Origin: Alphaproteobacteria bacterium
Lineage (GTDB): Bacteria > Pseudomonadota > Alphaproteobacteria > GCA-2731375
Length of the DNA stretch: 64,000 nucleotides
Reading direction: 5' to 3'
NCBI GenBank assembly: GCA_965232515.1
Contig: CBDDPY010000002.1
Location: 5,632,001 to 5,696,000 of the forward strand
Below are positions 45,236 through 54,305 of this stretch, one piece after another. Under the pieces are notes generated by a model, which saw only the letters and a program-made list of their open reading frames with translations, ran no database searches and was not told where the DNA came from. The position numbers were made by a program, and so were the translations under genes. Numbering within the stretch: position 1 is the stretch's first letter; every line of letters begins with the position of its first letter.

Positions 45236-46459
45236 TCAGGGCGCGTGCTTGACGACCGTTCCGCCCTGGACGATGAGCTTCAGGTTCGCTTCCGGCGCCT
45301 GCAGCACGCCGAGATCGTCGAGCGGGTTGCCGTCGACGGCCAGCAGGTCGGCGCGGGCGCCGTCGCGCACGACTCCGAACTCGCCCGCCCGGCCGAAGGC
45401 TTGCGCCGCGGTGCAGGTGGCGCTGCGCAGGATGTCGGCATTGCTGACGATCCCCGCGCGCAGCGAGAACTCGTTCAGCTGGTGGACGTGCATGTCGCCC
45501 AGCAGATCCGTCCCGTAGACCAGCGGCACCCCGGCGCGATAGGCCATTTCGAGGGCCCCGGCGCCGGCGTCCAGCACCTCGTAGACCGTGTCGACCATCG
45601 ACTTCGGCATGCCGGCGGCGACGCCTTCGCTGGCGAGCGCGTGATAGGTCGAGAGCGTGGGCACGAGGTAGCCGCCATGCGTCAGGAACGCTGCGCAGGT
45701 CGACTCCTCCAACAGGTTCCCGTGCTCGATCGTGCGCACCCCGCATTCCAGCAGCCGCTCGATCGCGCGGGCGGTATAGGCGTGCGCCATGACGTAGATA
45801 TTGGCGGCGTCCGCCTCCTCGACGACGGCGCGGATCTCCTCCAGCGAAAACTGCGTGCTGTCGATGCGGTCGGTCGGCGAGGAGACGCCGCCCGAGGCCA
45901 TGATCTTGATCTGTGTCGCGCCCTTGCGGATTTCGTCGCGCGCGGCCCGGCGGACTTCGCTGACGCCATCGCAGATGCGCCCCAGTCCGGCGCAGCAGAA
46001 GCAGCCTTCGAACGTGTCCTGGCCGGGACTGCGCATGTCGCCGTGGCCGCCGGTCTGGGACAGCGCCTTGCCGGCGAACAGGATGCGCGGGCCGCGCAAC
46101 CAGCCCTCCTCGACCGCCCGCGCCAGGCCGTGGTCGGCGCCGCCGGCGTCGCGCACGGTGGTGAAGCCGCGCATCAGCATGTCTTCCAGGATCTGTCCCG
46201 CCCGCGCGGTCACGTAGGTCGGCGACCAGGTGTTCAGCAGCGGAAAGTTCGGCGTCGCGGCGGTAACGTGCACATGCCCGTCGACCAGGCCCGGCATCAG
46301 GGTGAGGCCCTTGAGGTCGATCGTCTCGGCGGCGGCCGCCGCCGCGCCGGTATCGATGTCGACGATACGTCCGCCGTCGATATGCACCGTCCGCTCACCG
46401 ATCAACTCGCCCGCCTCGACGTCGAGCACGTTCGCGTTCAGCAGCGCCAGTTCACTCAT
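45236..46459 (-). CDS. Metal-dependent amidohydrolase (Xaa-Pro dipeptidase/carboxypeptidase-like)
   Basis: MPGLVDGHVH, GFTTVRDAGG, KIMASGG, AHAY, IEHG, YGTDL. Confidence 0.92.
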   Translation of the reverse strand: MSELALLNANVLDVEAGELIGERTVHIDGGRIVDIDTGAAAAAAETIDLKGLTLMPGLVDGHVHVTAATPNFPLLNTWSPTYVTARAGQILEDMLMRGFTTVRDAGGADHGLARAVEEGWLRGPRILFAGKALSQTGGHGDMRSPGQDTFEGCFCCAGLGRICDGVSEVRRAARDEIRKGATQIKIMASGGVSSPTDRIDSTQFSLEEIRAVVEEADAANIYVMAHAYTARAIERLLECGVRTIEHGNLLEESTCAAFLTHGGYLVPTLSTYHALASEGVAAGMPKSMVDTVYEVLDAGAGALEMAYRAGVPLVYGTDLLGDMHVHQLNEFSLRAGIVSNADILRSATCTAAQAFGRAGEFGVVRDGARADLLAVDGNPLDDLGVLQAPEANLKLIVQGGTVVKHAP

Positions 46460-46667
46460 GGCCTCTTTATGCCCCATGCTTGCGTGATGCCGGGCGATCG
46501 CGGGCGCGTCGCCATGTCTCGTCCCGCCCCGTTGTCCCCTGCGTCGTGCAGGGCGCCGCGGCGCGAACCGGCTCAGCGGTAAGGAAAGCAGCAACCGTTC
46601 GTCAGGTTAGCAAGGCCGGTTCGACCGCGTCCAGCGGCGCCGCACCGCCGTCGGCCGGCGGCAGACG

Positions 46668-47801
46668 CTATTCCCGCGTAGCGCCGGGAGGCGGCCTTCG
46701 GCCGAGCAGGCCGGCGGCGATCCCGACGGACATTTGCAGGTGGCGGCCGAGGTCCGGCTTCACCAGCATGCCGGCGGCAAGCCAGAAGAGATAGCGGATC
46801 GTACTGCCGGGGTAGAGGCGGAAGAACCAGAGGCGATTCTGCGCGCTATGCGCGGGCGCGGCGAGCAGACGCAGGGCGTGGGGGGCGTCGTCGACCCTGA
46901 TCAGGTCCCGATGCTTGTCGATCGCGTGCGCGAGGCGGCGACAGCGGTCGCGACAGGCGAAGACCAGCAACAGGATCGCCAGCATGTTGACCGAGACGGC
47001 CAGCAGGTTTTCGCGGCGGCGCGCCTCGAAAAAGGCCGGCCAGTCGATGTCGTCTTCCAGGCAGGTGACGACCGTATGGAGGTCGGCCAGGCTCTTGGCC
47101 CGGACCTTTCCGAGCTCGATGTCGGCGATCAACGACACGATCAGCAGCAGCAGGGAATCCTCGTCCGACAGTACGGCGTAACTGTCGCCGGAAATCGGAA
47201 ACCGTCGCGTCGCCGCCCAGATCCGCGTCAGATCGATGTCGTAGGCCGGGCGCGTGCGGAAACACCAATGCAGGTCGACGGCGACGTCCGCTCGCCGCAA
47301 GCCGATCGCGTGCACGAACCGGCTCGTCAGCATCGCGGGCAGGCGCGGACGACCGTCGTCGTCATAGCCCAATGCCCGCATCGCCGCCCGCAGACGCGGC
47401 AGATCCTCGGGCCGGACCAGAATGTCGAGATCGCGCAGCCGCCGCGCGCCGATATCGCCATAGAAATGCAGGGCGAAGTGGAAGCCCTTGAGCAGGATGA
47501 TATCGATGTCGTGGGTCGCCGCCGTTCGGTGCAGCTCATGCAGTGCGTCGCCCAGCATCCCGGACCGGTCCCGGTCGTTGGCGGCGAAGCCGAGCAGCGC
47601 CATGACCAGCCAGGCGGGCAGGCGGTCCGATGCCTGGCTTCGCTCAATCCGCCAACGCAGATACGCGCCGAGATCGTGGGTCGCGAGGAAGCTGAGAAAC
47701 GCTTCGGACTGGAAGTCCGGCGCCGTGAGCGCGGTCGCGACCGCGTCCCAGTCGCCGCGCGCCGCCGCCGCGATGATCGGAAAATGCGCTTGCCAGGTCA
47801 T
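46668..47801 (-). CDS. Nucleotidyltransferase family protein (NTP_transf_5-like)
   Basis: ILLKG..A..FYGDIGARRLRDLDILV, VDLHW, LADL motifs. Confidence 0.85.
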   Translation of the reverse strand: MTWQAHFPIIAAAARGDWDAVATALTAPDFQSEAFLSFLATHDLGAYLRWRIERSQASDRLPAWLVMALLGFAANDRDRSGMLGDALHELHRTAATHDIDIILLKGFHFALHFYGDIGARRLRDLDILVRPEDLPRLRAAMRALGYDDDGRPRLPAMLTSRFVHAIGLRRADVAVDLHWCFRTRPAYDIDLTRIWAATRRFPISGDSYAVLSDEDSLLLLIVSLIADIELGKVRAKSLADLHTVVTCLEDDIDWPAFFEARRRENLLAVSVNMLAILLLVFACRDRCRRLAHAIDKHRDLIRVDDAPHALRLLAAPAHSAQNRLWFFRLYPGSTIRYLFWLAAGMLVKPDLGRHLQMSVGIAAGLLGRRPPPGATRE

Positions 47802-47831
47802 GGGATCGCCGCGCGCCGCGGTTTCGGCGGG

Positions 47832-48932
47832 CTAGGTCGGGCTCGCGTTTGACGCGGCCTCGGCCAGGATGCGTTTTGCCCGGATCTCCAGGTCGTCCGG
47901 ATCGGCCGCCTCCGCCTGCCGCAGCCATGGAAGTGCGCGCCCGGGCTCGCCCTGGCGCAGCCAGCAAACGCCCATCAGACCCCAGGCCAGCGCGCCGAAC
48001 AGGCGGCGGTCGTAGCCCAGCTCGCTTCGCGCCGGCCCGTCGGGTCCGAACGCCAGCAGCCGGTCGAGGCAGGCCCGCGCCGCGGAAAACCGCCCGGCCG
48101 CCTCATGATGGCGCGCGGTCCACCATAGCACCGACGGGTCGTCGCCGTGGCGGGCGGCGGCTTCGTCCAGCAGCACCGCGGCGTCGGCGAGCGCGACGTC
48201 GGCATCTGATGTGTGCAGGTCCAGCAGATCGGCGTAGATCAGGGCATCGCCGGGCCGGGGATCGCGGCGTCGCAGCACGGCCAGGCCCTGCCGCCAGGCG
48301 CGCTCGGCCGCGGCCGCGTCGCCCAGGCCCCGCTCGGCTTCGCCGAGCGCGTGCCAGAGATAGATCCGCGCCGGATCGGCCTCGACGGCGCGGCGCAGCA
48401 GTGGGTGGTTGCGCCGGTGCTTGGCGTCCAGATTGCCCTCGTAGCCAAGGTGCTCGATGGCCATCGGCGCATCGGTGATCACCGCGTCTTCGGCGGCTGT
48501 GATCCGCTGCAGGTCCGGTACCACGGTTTCGTGGATGACGCCGCGAAACCGGATGTCCGGCCGATTGCGGAACAGGCGGTGCTCGCGATAGGGCGTCAGG
48601 CGGCTGTTGGCGCGAAAGCGGACGCGCGCGGCGACCGCCGATCCATCCCGCAGCACCGGATCGAGCCGGCCATTCAGCGAGACCCGTTCATCGGCGTCGA
48701 TGTAGAGAATCCAATCGCCCGTCGCATGGGCGAGCGCGGTGTTGCGGGCGCGCGAAAAATCATCGCGCCAGGGTTCGCGCACCAGGCGCGCGCCGTGCGC
48801 AACCGCGATGTCGGGTGTACGGTCCCGCGACCCGGTATCGACCACCACGACCTCATCGGCCACGGCGGCGATACTGTCCAGGCAGGGGCCCAGATGTTCT
48901 TCCTCATCGCGGACGATAAGGGCCGCGCTCAG
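47832..48932 (-). CDS. Glycosyltransferase family 2 with TPR repeats (start non-canonical or frameshifted)
   Basis: LSAALIVRDEE..L..CL, VVDTGS.D.T, W.DDFS.ARN, IDADE, IHE, HLGY, then TPR-like helices. Confidence 0.88.
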   Translation of the reverse strand: MSAALIVRDEEEHLGPCLDSIAAVADEVVVVDTGSRDRTPDIAVAHGARLVREPWRDDFSRARNTALAHATGDWILYIDADERVSLNGRLDPVLRDGSAVAARVRFRANSRLTPYREHRLFRNRPDIRFRGVIHETVVPDLQRITAAEDAVITDAPMAIEHLGYEGNLDAKHRRNHPLLRRAVEADPARIYLWHALGEAERGLGDAAAAERAWRQGLAVLRRRDPRPGDALIYADLLDLHTSDADVALADAAVLLDEAAARHGDDPSVLWWTARHHEAAGRFSAARACLDRLLAFGPDGPARSELGYDRRLFGALAWGLMGVCWLRQGEPGRALPWLRQAEAADPDDLEIRAKRILAEAASNASPT

Positions 48933-48976
48933 CCGTCCGTTTTGGCCGGCCGCGGCGGTGTCACGGTGTTGCGGGC

Positions 48977-49144
48977 TTACGACTGGTTGGAAGCCTGCGC
49001 CGCCGCCGGACGTGACATCAGTCCGGACATGGTGAACGTGGCAACGGCCGGCGCCACGAATCCGGCCTTTGCGACTTTCCGCATGAACTCGCGGCGAGCC
49101 GGTGACACGCGTGAAATCACGTCTTCCCGTTTTACATCAGACAT
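48977..49144 (-). CDS. Unannotated 55-aa precursor-like peptide MSDVKREDVISRVSPARREFMRKVAKAGFVAPAVATFTMSGLMSRPAAAQASNQS
   Basis: Translated by hand (below the ORF-track cut-off); AAGGGGG RBS; twin-Arg RREFM motif, FVAP motif, hydrophobic core, AxA site; fills the gap between co-oriented genes. Confidence 0.78.
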   Translation of the reverse strand: MSDVKREDVISRVSPARREFMRKVAKAGFVAPAVATFTMSGLMSRPAAAQASNQS

Positions 49145-49218
49145 AGGACATGCCCCCTTTACGAGCGGTCAGACAATACAGAAGGCTAATATTACGAGTT
49201 TTCGGCAGATTGCTCAAG

Positions 49219-50040
49219 TCAGCCGGCGAACGCGGCCTCCAGTTGCGGCACGGCGTCGGCCACGTCGCCCAACACCAGTTCGTAGCCGCCGGCCGCGCCG
49301 AGCCGGCTTGCCGATGCGACCAGCACGTCCCCCGCTTCGCCCCAGCCCAGCCAGCTTTCCAGCAGGCGCTGAATGATCTGGAAGGGCGGACAGTGCGTCA
49401 GGCTGGTGGCGCCGCCATGATTGGGCGATATCGAGATCACGGCATCGACCGGACCGAGATCGATGCGCCAGTCGAACCCCTGGACGCCGGGATCGAGGGC
49501 GGAGATGTCGACCTCGCCCATCGACTTGCGCGGCAGGCTGTCGAGCGGCCGCCGCAGTTCCGGCACGTGGCGCTCGGCACCCGGTTTCAGGTGAAAGTTG
49601 CGCGGAAACGCCATGGTCCGGCCATCCCGCTCGAGCACGAACTCGTCGCCGTCGACGCGATGGCCGGCATACAGCAGGCGCGTCGCGAGCGTCGTCTTGC
49701 CCGCGCCCTTGTCGCCCAGAAACAGCAATCGGCGGCCGTTGACGGTCGCGAGCCCGCCGTGCAGCAGGGTCCAGCCGGCGAGGACATAGCGCTCCATGGT
49801 GCGGCGGTGAACGCGGCCGTAGACCACATGCAGCACGTCCTGTGCGGTCGCGACGTCGGCCAGCGGGTCGCCTTCCTCGAAGATCTCGTAAGGACCGATG
49901 CCCCGCACCTCGTAGCGCAGCGTCTTGCGTACGGATACCGGTTGGCGGGCCTTGGTGGCGAGATAGCGGAACGTGTCGGCGAGATCAGGATCCCGGTGCC
50001 CGATCTCGACGCGGCAGCTTAGGATCTGGAACGAGATCAA
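49219..50040 (-). CDS. HPr kinase-like P-loop kinase
   Basis: LLHGG..V.G..LLFLGDKGAGKTTL..L..GH...GDE motif set. Confidence 0.82.
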   Translation of the reverse strand: MISFQILSCRVEIGHRDPDLADTFRYLATKARQPVSVRKTLRYEVRGIGPYEIFEEGDPLADVATAQDVLHVVYGRVHRRTMERYVLAGWTLLHGGLATVNGRRLLFLGDKGAGKTTLATRLLYAGHRVDGDEFVLERDGRTMAFPRNFHLKPGAERHVPELRRPLDSLPRKSMGEVDISALDPGVQGFDWRIDLGPVDAVISISPNHGGATSLTHCPPFQIIQRLLESWLGWGEAGDVLVASASRLGAAGGYELVLGDVADAVPQLEAAFAG

Positions 50041-50044
50041 CCCG

Positions 50045-50326
50045 CTACGCGGCCGAAGTAACGACCAGCACGCCTTCTTCCACGAGCTGCTTCAGCCCGG
50101 TCTCGACGTCGTCCAACGGCGGCGCGTCGAGCGAATGCAGATCGGCCATCGCCGCCGCCAGCTCGGCGGCGCTCGACGCACCGTCACAGAGCTCGAACAG
50201 CGCGCCGGCGGAGAAGTTAAGATGGTGCACGCGGTCGTTCGCCGGATTGAAGACGACGAGCCCATCCTGGGTCTCGTGCACCTCCAGGTCGGCGGCGCGG
50301 GTGTATTTCGGCGCGTCGGCGGACAT
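50045..50326 (-). CDS. PqqD family protein / stand-alone RiPP recognition element
   Basis: 93 aa: DGLVVFNP..DRVHHLN.SA..LFELCDG..S..EL..DV..GL.QL.EEGVL. Confidence 0.88.
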   Translation of the reverse strand: MSADAPKYTRAADLEVHETQDGLVVFNPANDRVHHLNFSAGALFELCDGASSAAELAAAMADLHSLDAPPLDDVETGLKQLVEEGVLVVTSAA

Positions 50327-50351
50327 GGGCGGTTTACTAGCACAGGAATCG

Positions 50352-51605
50352 CTAATTTGCATCCGGCCCGGCCGCCAGGTCGGCGATGGCGGCGGCGACC
50401 GTTTCGGCGTCGTGGTGGTCCGCGACAAAGCGGGCGGCGTTGGCCGACAGCCGGCCGGCAAGGCTGGCGTCCGTCAGGATCCGCCCAGCGGCGTCCACCA
50501 GGGCCGCGTCGTCGTCCGCGATCAACAACTGATCGCCGTCGCGGATACCGAGACCGGCGGCGGCGGCCGGCGTTGCCGCCACCGGCAGGCCGTGCGCGAA
50601 GGCCTCGAGGATCTTCAAACGGCTGCCGCCACCGGCGCGCAGCGGCACCAGGGCCAGATCGGCGCGCCGGTAAAACGGCGTCAGATCGGGGATGAAGCCA
50701 TGGACCTGGACCCCGGCATGCCCGGCCAGCCGCGTCGCGCCTGCCCCGGCGCCGATGATGTGCAGTTCCGCGCCCCGACAACGGCGGCGCAGGGCGGGCA
50801 GGATGGCGGTGGCGAGGCGCTCGGCCGCATCCAGATTGGGCAGATAGTCAAGGTTGCCAATGAACAGCACGGATGGCGCTCCGTCACCGGGCCGCTGTTC
50901 TTCTGCGCCGATTGCCGTCCCGACAGCATTGGGCACCGTCGTCACAGCGGCCAGGCCGTGACGCCGGCGCAGGGCATCCGACTCCAGATCGCTGGCGGTC
51001 GCCACATGATCGAACCAGCCGAGCGTGTGCTTGGCCAACCTGGCATAGGCATCGGCTTCCGCGGTCGTGCGCGCCGCGGCATCGGCCTCGCCGCGTTGCC
51101 GATGCAGGTCGGCGATGGCGGTCAGGGTTGCTGCGTCATCCTCATCCAGGTCGAGGATCAGGCGGGCGCCGCACCCACGGTACGGCAACACGGTGCCGGC
51201 GATGTAGAGTCGCATGACCCAGACCAGATCGAAGGTCTCGCCGGCGAGTTCGCGGGAGACGGCATCGGGGCAGGCAAGCCGGGCGCGGTTGGGCAGCGGC
51301 TGTGTCGCCGCGACGACGGCGCGGCCGCTCGGGTCGGCGAGCCAGCGGCGCGCGGCGTCCGTCGGCGCCGGCAGCGGCACGAAGAACGCGCGCGCCGAAT
51401 GCTCGGCGGCCCAGCCCATGGACGCCGCATCGGCGCCCGGATCGGAAACGGGCAGCACGGCCGTGGTGAGGTTGTATGCCCGCGACAGGCCCTGTAGCGT
51501 AACGGCGGCCCGCATGGCGAGACCGTTCCCGGTCGGCGCCGGGGCGATGGGGCAGATCAGGAGCGCGCGCGGCCGCGACGACGGCGAACAGTCACGCTGA
51601 ACCAT
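50352..51605 (-). CDS. Glycosyltransferase family 4
   Basis: VPNAV, FIGNLDYLPNLDA, VPLRAGGGSRLKILEAFAHGLPV. Confidence 0.9.
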   Translation of the reverse strand: MVQRDCSPSSRPRALLICPIAPAPTGNGLAMRAAVTLQGLSRAYNLTTAVLPVSDPGADAASMGWAAEHSARAFFVPLPAPTDAARRWLADPSGRAVVAATQPLPNRARLACPDAVSRELAGETFDLVWVMRLYIAGTVLPYRGCGARLILDLDEDDAATLTAIADLHRQRGEADAAARTTAEADAYARLAKHTLGWFDHVATASDLESDALRRRHGLAAVTTVPNAVGTAIGAEEQRPGDGAPSVLFIGNLDYLPNLDAAERLATAILPALRRRCRGAELHIIGAGAGATRLAGHAGVQVHGFIPDLTPFYRRADLALVPLRAGGGSRLKILEAFAHGLPVAATPAAAAGLGIRDGDQLLIADDDAALVDAAGRILTDASLAGRLSANAARFVADHHDAETVAAAIADLAAGPDAN

Positions 51606-52455
51606 GAGTCGAATACCCCGGATCGCCCATTTCGTTTTCGGCCTGCGCGAGCAGCTCGAGCCGTTCCACCTGCTGCATTATCTGGCCATCGAGACCTGCC
51701 GGCGCATCCTAAAGCCCGAGGCCATCTACCTCCACTACCACCATCTGCCGTTCGGCGTCTTCTGGGACGAGATTCGTCCGCATCTGACGCTCCGCCGTGT
51801 CGGCCTGGCGGACGAGGTGTTGAACGCCGACTACGACGAACGGCTGGTGCCCAAGGCGTACCGTTACGCCCACCACGCCGATTTCGTGCGGCTGGAAGCG
51901 CTGGTCGAGTACGGCGGCGTCTATGCCGACATCGATACTGTCTTCGTGCGGCCGCTGCCGGACGCGCTCTATGACGAGAAGTTCGTGATCGGGCGCGAGT
52001 CCGATGTGCCGGACGAACTTACCGGCGCGGTGCGCCCGTCATTGTGCAACGCGCTGCTGATGGCCGAACCGGGCTCGGTCTTTGCCCGTACCTGGCTCGA
52101 CCGCATGGGAGCGGCGATTAACGGCACCTGGAGCAATCACTCGGGCTTCCTGGCCGAGGCCTTGAGCGAAGAGATGCCCGACGAGGTTCGGGTCGAGCCC
52201 GAGGAGTCGTTCTTCGCCGTCCCGTGCACGCCGGAAGGTCTGGAGTCGCTGCTGGGCGAGGGGCCGGTGGACCTGACGCGCAGCTATTCGTTGCATCTTT
52301 GGGCGCATGTCTGGTGGAGCTTCGACCGCCGGGACTTCACCGCGCGGCATGCCGGCGAGATGACCCTGTCGCGGTTGCGGCGGTCGGCCTCGCCGCTGGC
52401 CGAGCTCGTCCGTCCCTATCTGCCCGATATCGATCTCGACGACGTGCGAACCTGA
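51604..52455 (+). CDS. DXD-motif glycosyltransferase (GT32-like)
   Basis: IPRIAHFVF, AHHADFVRL..L.EYGGVYADID, HLW. Confidence 0.87.
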   Translation: MSRIPRIAHFVFGLREQLEPFHLLHYLAIETCRRILKPEAIYLHYHHLPFGVFWDEIRPHLTLRRVGLADEVLNADYDERLVPKAYRYAHHADFVRLEALVEYGGVYADIDTVFVRPLPDALYDEKFVIGRESDVPDELTGAVRPSLCNALLMAEPGSVFARTWLDRMGAAINGTWSNHSGFLAEALSEEMPDEVRVEPEESFFAVPCTPEGLESLLGEGPVDLTRSYSLHLWAHVWWSFDRRDFTARHAGEMTLSRLRRSASPLAELVRPYLPDIDLDDVRT

Positions 52456-52458
52456 ACC

Positions 52459-53655
52459 ATGCCGCAACCGCACGGTCTGAACGTGGTGACGCTGACGCCC
52501 GGCTGCGGCTACGGCGATGCCGGCAGTCAGTATGTCGCGGGGCTGCACACGCTCGGTGTGCCGGTGACCTGGACGCCGACGGTCGCGAACACGGCGGACA
52601 TTCTGCCGTTCGACGATTGCCGCCGCGATCTGCCGAACCCGATCGCCGCCGATCTTACCGCGCTGTGGCGGCGGCCGCTCGATTGCGACGCGATCCTGGT
52701 CAACATCCCGCCGTTCCGTTGGCAGCGCTATTGGCGCCGGGCGGCGCCGGACCTGCGGCCGTTCACCTATATCACCTGGGAGGTCGAGCGTGTGCCCGAT
52801 GACTGGCCGCCGGCGCTCAACCTCTATGACCGCGTCTTCGTGCCGTCGATCTTCAACCGGCAGGCGCTCGTCGCCGGCGGCGTGACGACGGCGGTCGATG
52901 TGGTGCCGCACGTCGCGCGGGACGCGGTCCCGGTTCACGGTGGCCCGCCTTGGGGCAACGTGGCCGACGAGGATTTCGTCTTCTACACGATGGGCATGTG
53001 GACCGCGCGCAAGGCGATGGAGGAGACAATCCGCGCGTACCTGGAGGCGTTCGGCCGCGACGACCCCGTCGCGTTGATCGTCAAGACCGAGGCCATCGAT
53101 CAGATGGCGTACTACGCATTGCCGGCCGACTGGCGCGACAGCGCGCCATCCCAGGTGGCGATGGTCTGGTGGCGCGTGGCGCAGATCCTTGCCGAGTATC
53201 CCGATGCGGCGAAGGTGCATCTGGTCGCGGAACCGGTGTCGCCGCACGAGGTCGATCGTCTGCACACGCGGGGCGACTGTTTCGTGAGTCTGGCGCGGAG
53301 CGAGGGCTGGGGTCTGGGGCCGTTCGACGCGGCGCTGTTCGGCAATCCGGTCATCGTCACCGGCTGGGGCGGACAGCTCGATTATCTCGGTGCCAACGAT
53401 CCACTGTTGGTCCGCTATGAACTGGAGCCGACCTCGGCCTCGGCGCCGGACGGCTATTATCTTCGCGCCGATGACGTCCGCTGGGCGCGCGCCGACCGGC
53501 AACATGCCGGTGCGCTTATGCGCGAGGTGTTCGAGACCAGGGACCGGGCCGGCGCCGCCGCGCGCGAGCGTCAGTTCGAGCTTTGCCGGCGCTACTCGGC
53601 CGACCGCGTCTGCCGGCGCCTTGCCGACCTCATGGGTTACGAGGTCGCCGGATGA
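52459..53655 (+). CDS. GT-B (GT4-like) glycosyltransferase, paralog 1
   Basis: GYG, TWE, VPS.FN, RK, DCFVSL.RSEGWGL..FDA..GNPVIVTGWGG. Confidence 0.88.
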   Translation: MPQPHGLNVVTLTPGCGYGDAGSQYVAGLHTLGVPVTWTPTVANTADILPFDDCRRDLPNPIAADLTALWRRPLDCDAILVNIPPFRWQRYWRRAAPDLRPFTYITWEVERVPDDWPPALNLYDRVFVPSIFNRQALVAGGVTTAVDVVPHVARDAVPVHGGPPWGNVADEDFVFYTMGMWTARKAMEETIRAYLEAFGRDDPVALIVKTEAIDQMAYYALPADWRDSAPSQVAMVWWRVAQILAEYPDAAKVHLVAEPVSPHEVDRLHTRGDCFVSLARSEGWGLGPFDAALFGNPVIVTGWGGQLDYLGANDPLLVRYELEPTSASAPDGYYLRADDVRWARADRQHAGALMREVFETRDRAGAAARERQFELCRRYSADRVCRRLADLMGYEVAG

Positions 53656-54305
53656 CCGCCGCCACGCAGCCGTTGTTGGCGCCGCGCATCGCCGCCTTCA
53701 TCTCGATCCCGAGAAACGCCAGCCACACGGTCCGAGAGGTCCTTGAGCTGGGCCCCAACCGGGACTTCGAGACCACCGCCTCGCCGGTGATCCACGAGAA
53801 CCATCAGCGAGGCGCGGTGCTTGCCGCGCGCTACGATCTCGAGCCGCTGTTCGTCTTCTGCTTTGTCCGCCATCCCTATCTGCGTTGCCTCTCCTGGTTC
53901 CGCTTTCACCGTGACGTGGAGCCCTATCGACGGTTCAGCTTCGAGCAATGGGTGGCGGCCGGCATGCCGCATCATTGGGGGCGGCAGAACCAGACCGACT
54001 ATGCGGCGAGCGGCGCGACGCCACTGCTGCAGACGACATTCGTTGCCGGTTGCCGGGTTGACTTCGTCGGCCGGTTCGAGACGTTCGACCGGGATCTGCG
54101 GCACGTCGTGGCGGCACTCAACAGCCGTGCCGAAGCCGCCGGGCTTGCGGCGCGATATCGGTATCGGCAGGTTCGCCTCAACAGCACGGTTCCGTGGCCA
54201 CCGCCCGAACGGCTGCTGACGGCGCCGGTGCGTAAAACAATTCAACATTTGCTGGCGGCGGACTTCGAACGCTTCGGCTTCCCTGTCGATACGGTGGTCG
54301 GATGA
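53652..54305 (+). CDS. Sulfotransferase family 2 protein
   Basis: FISIPRNASHT (5'-PSB loop), FVRHPY.R.LSW (3'-PB), VGRFE, DF..FGF. Confidence 0.8.
   Translation: MTAATQPLLAPRIAAFISIPRNASHTVREVLELGPNRDFETTASPVIHENHQRGAVLAARYDLEPLFVFCFVRHPYLRCLSWFRFHRDVEPYRRFSFEQWVAAGMPHHWGRQNQTDYAASGATPLLQTTFVAGCRVDFVGRFETFDRDLRHVVAALNSRAEAAGLAARYRYRQVRLNSTVPWPPPERLLTAPVRKTIQHLLAADFERFGFPVDTVVG

Noticed and set aside
45236-46459. Amidohydrolase as the peptide's maturation protease
   Set aside because: It is co-oriented but ~200 bp away and belongs to a widespread family; nothing in the sequence links it to the cassette.
46668-50326. Lasso peptide or PQQ biosynthesis cluster
   Set aside because: No asparagine-synthetase-like cyclase, B2 protease or pqqBCE, and the peptide lacks a ring-forming Asp/Glu core.
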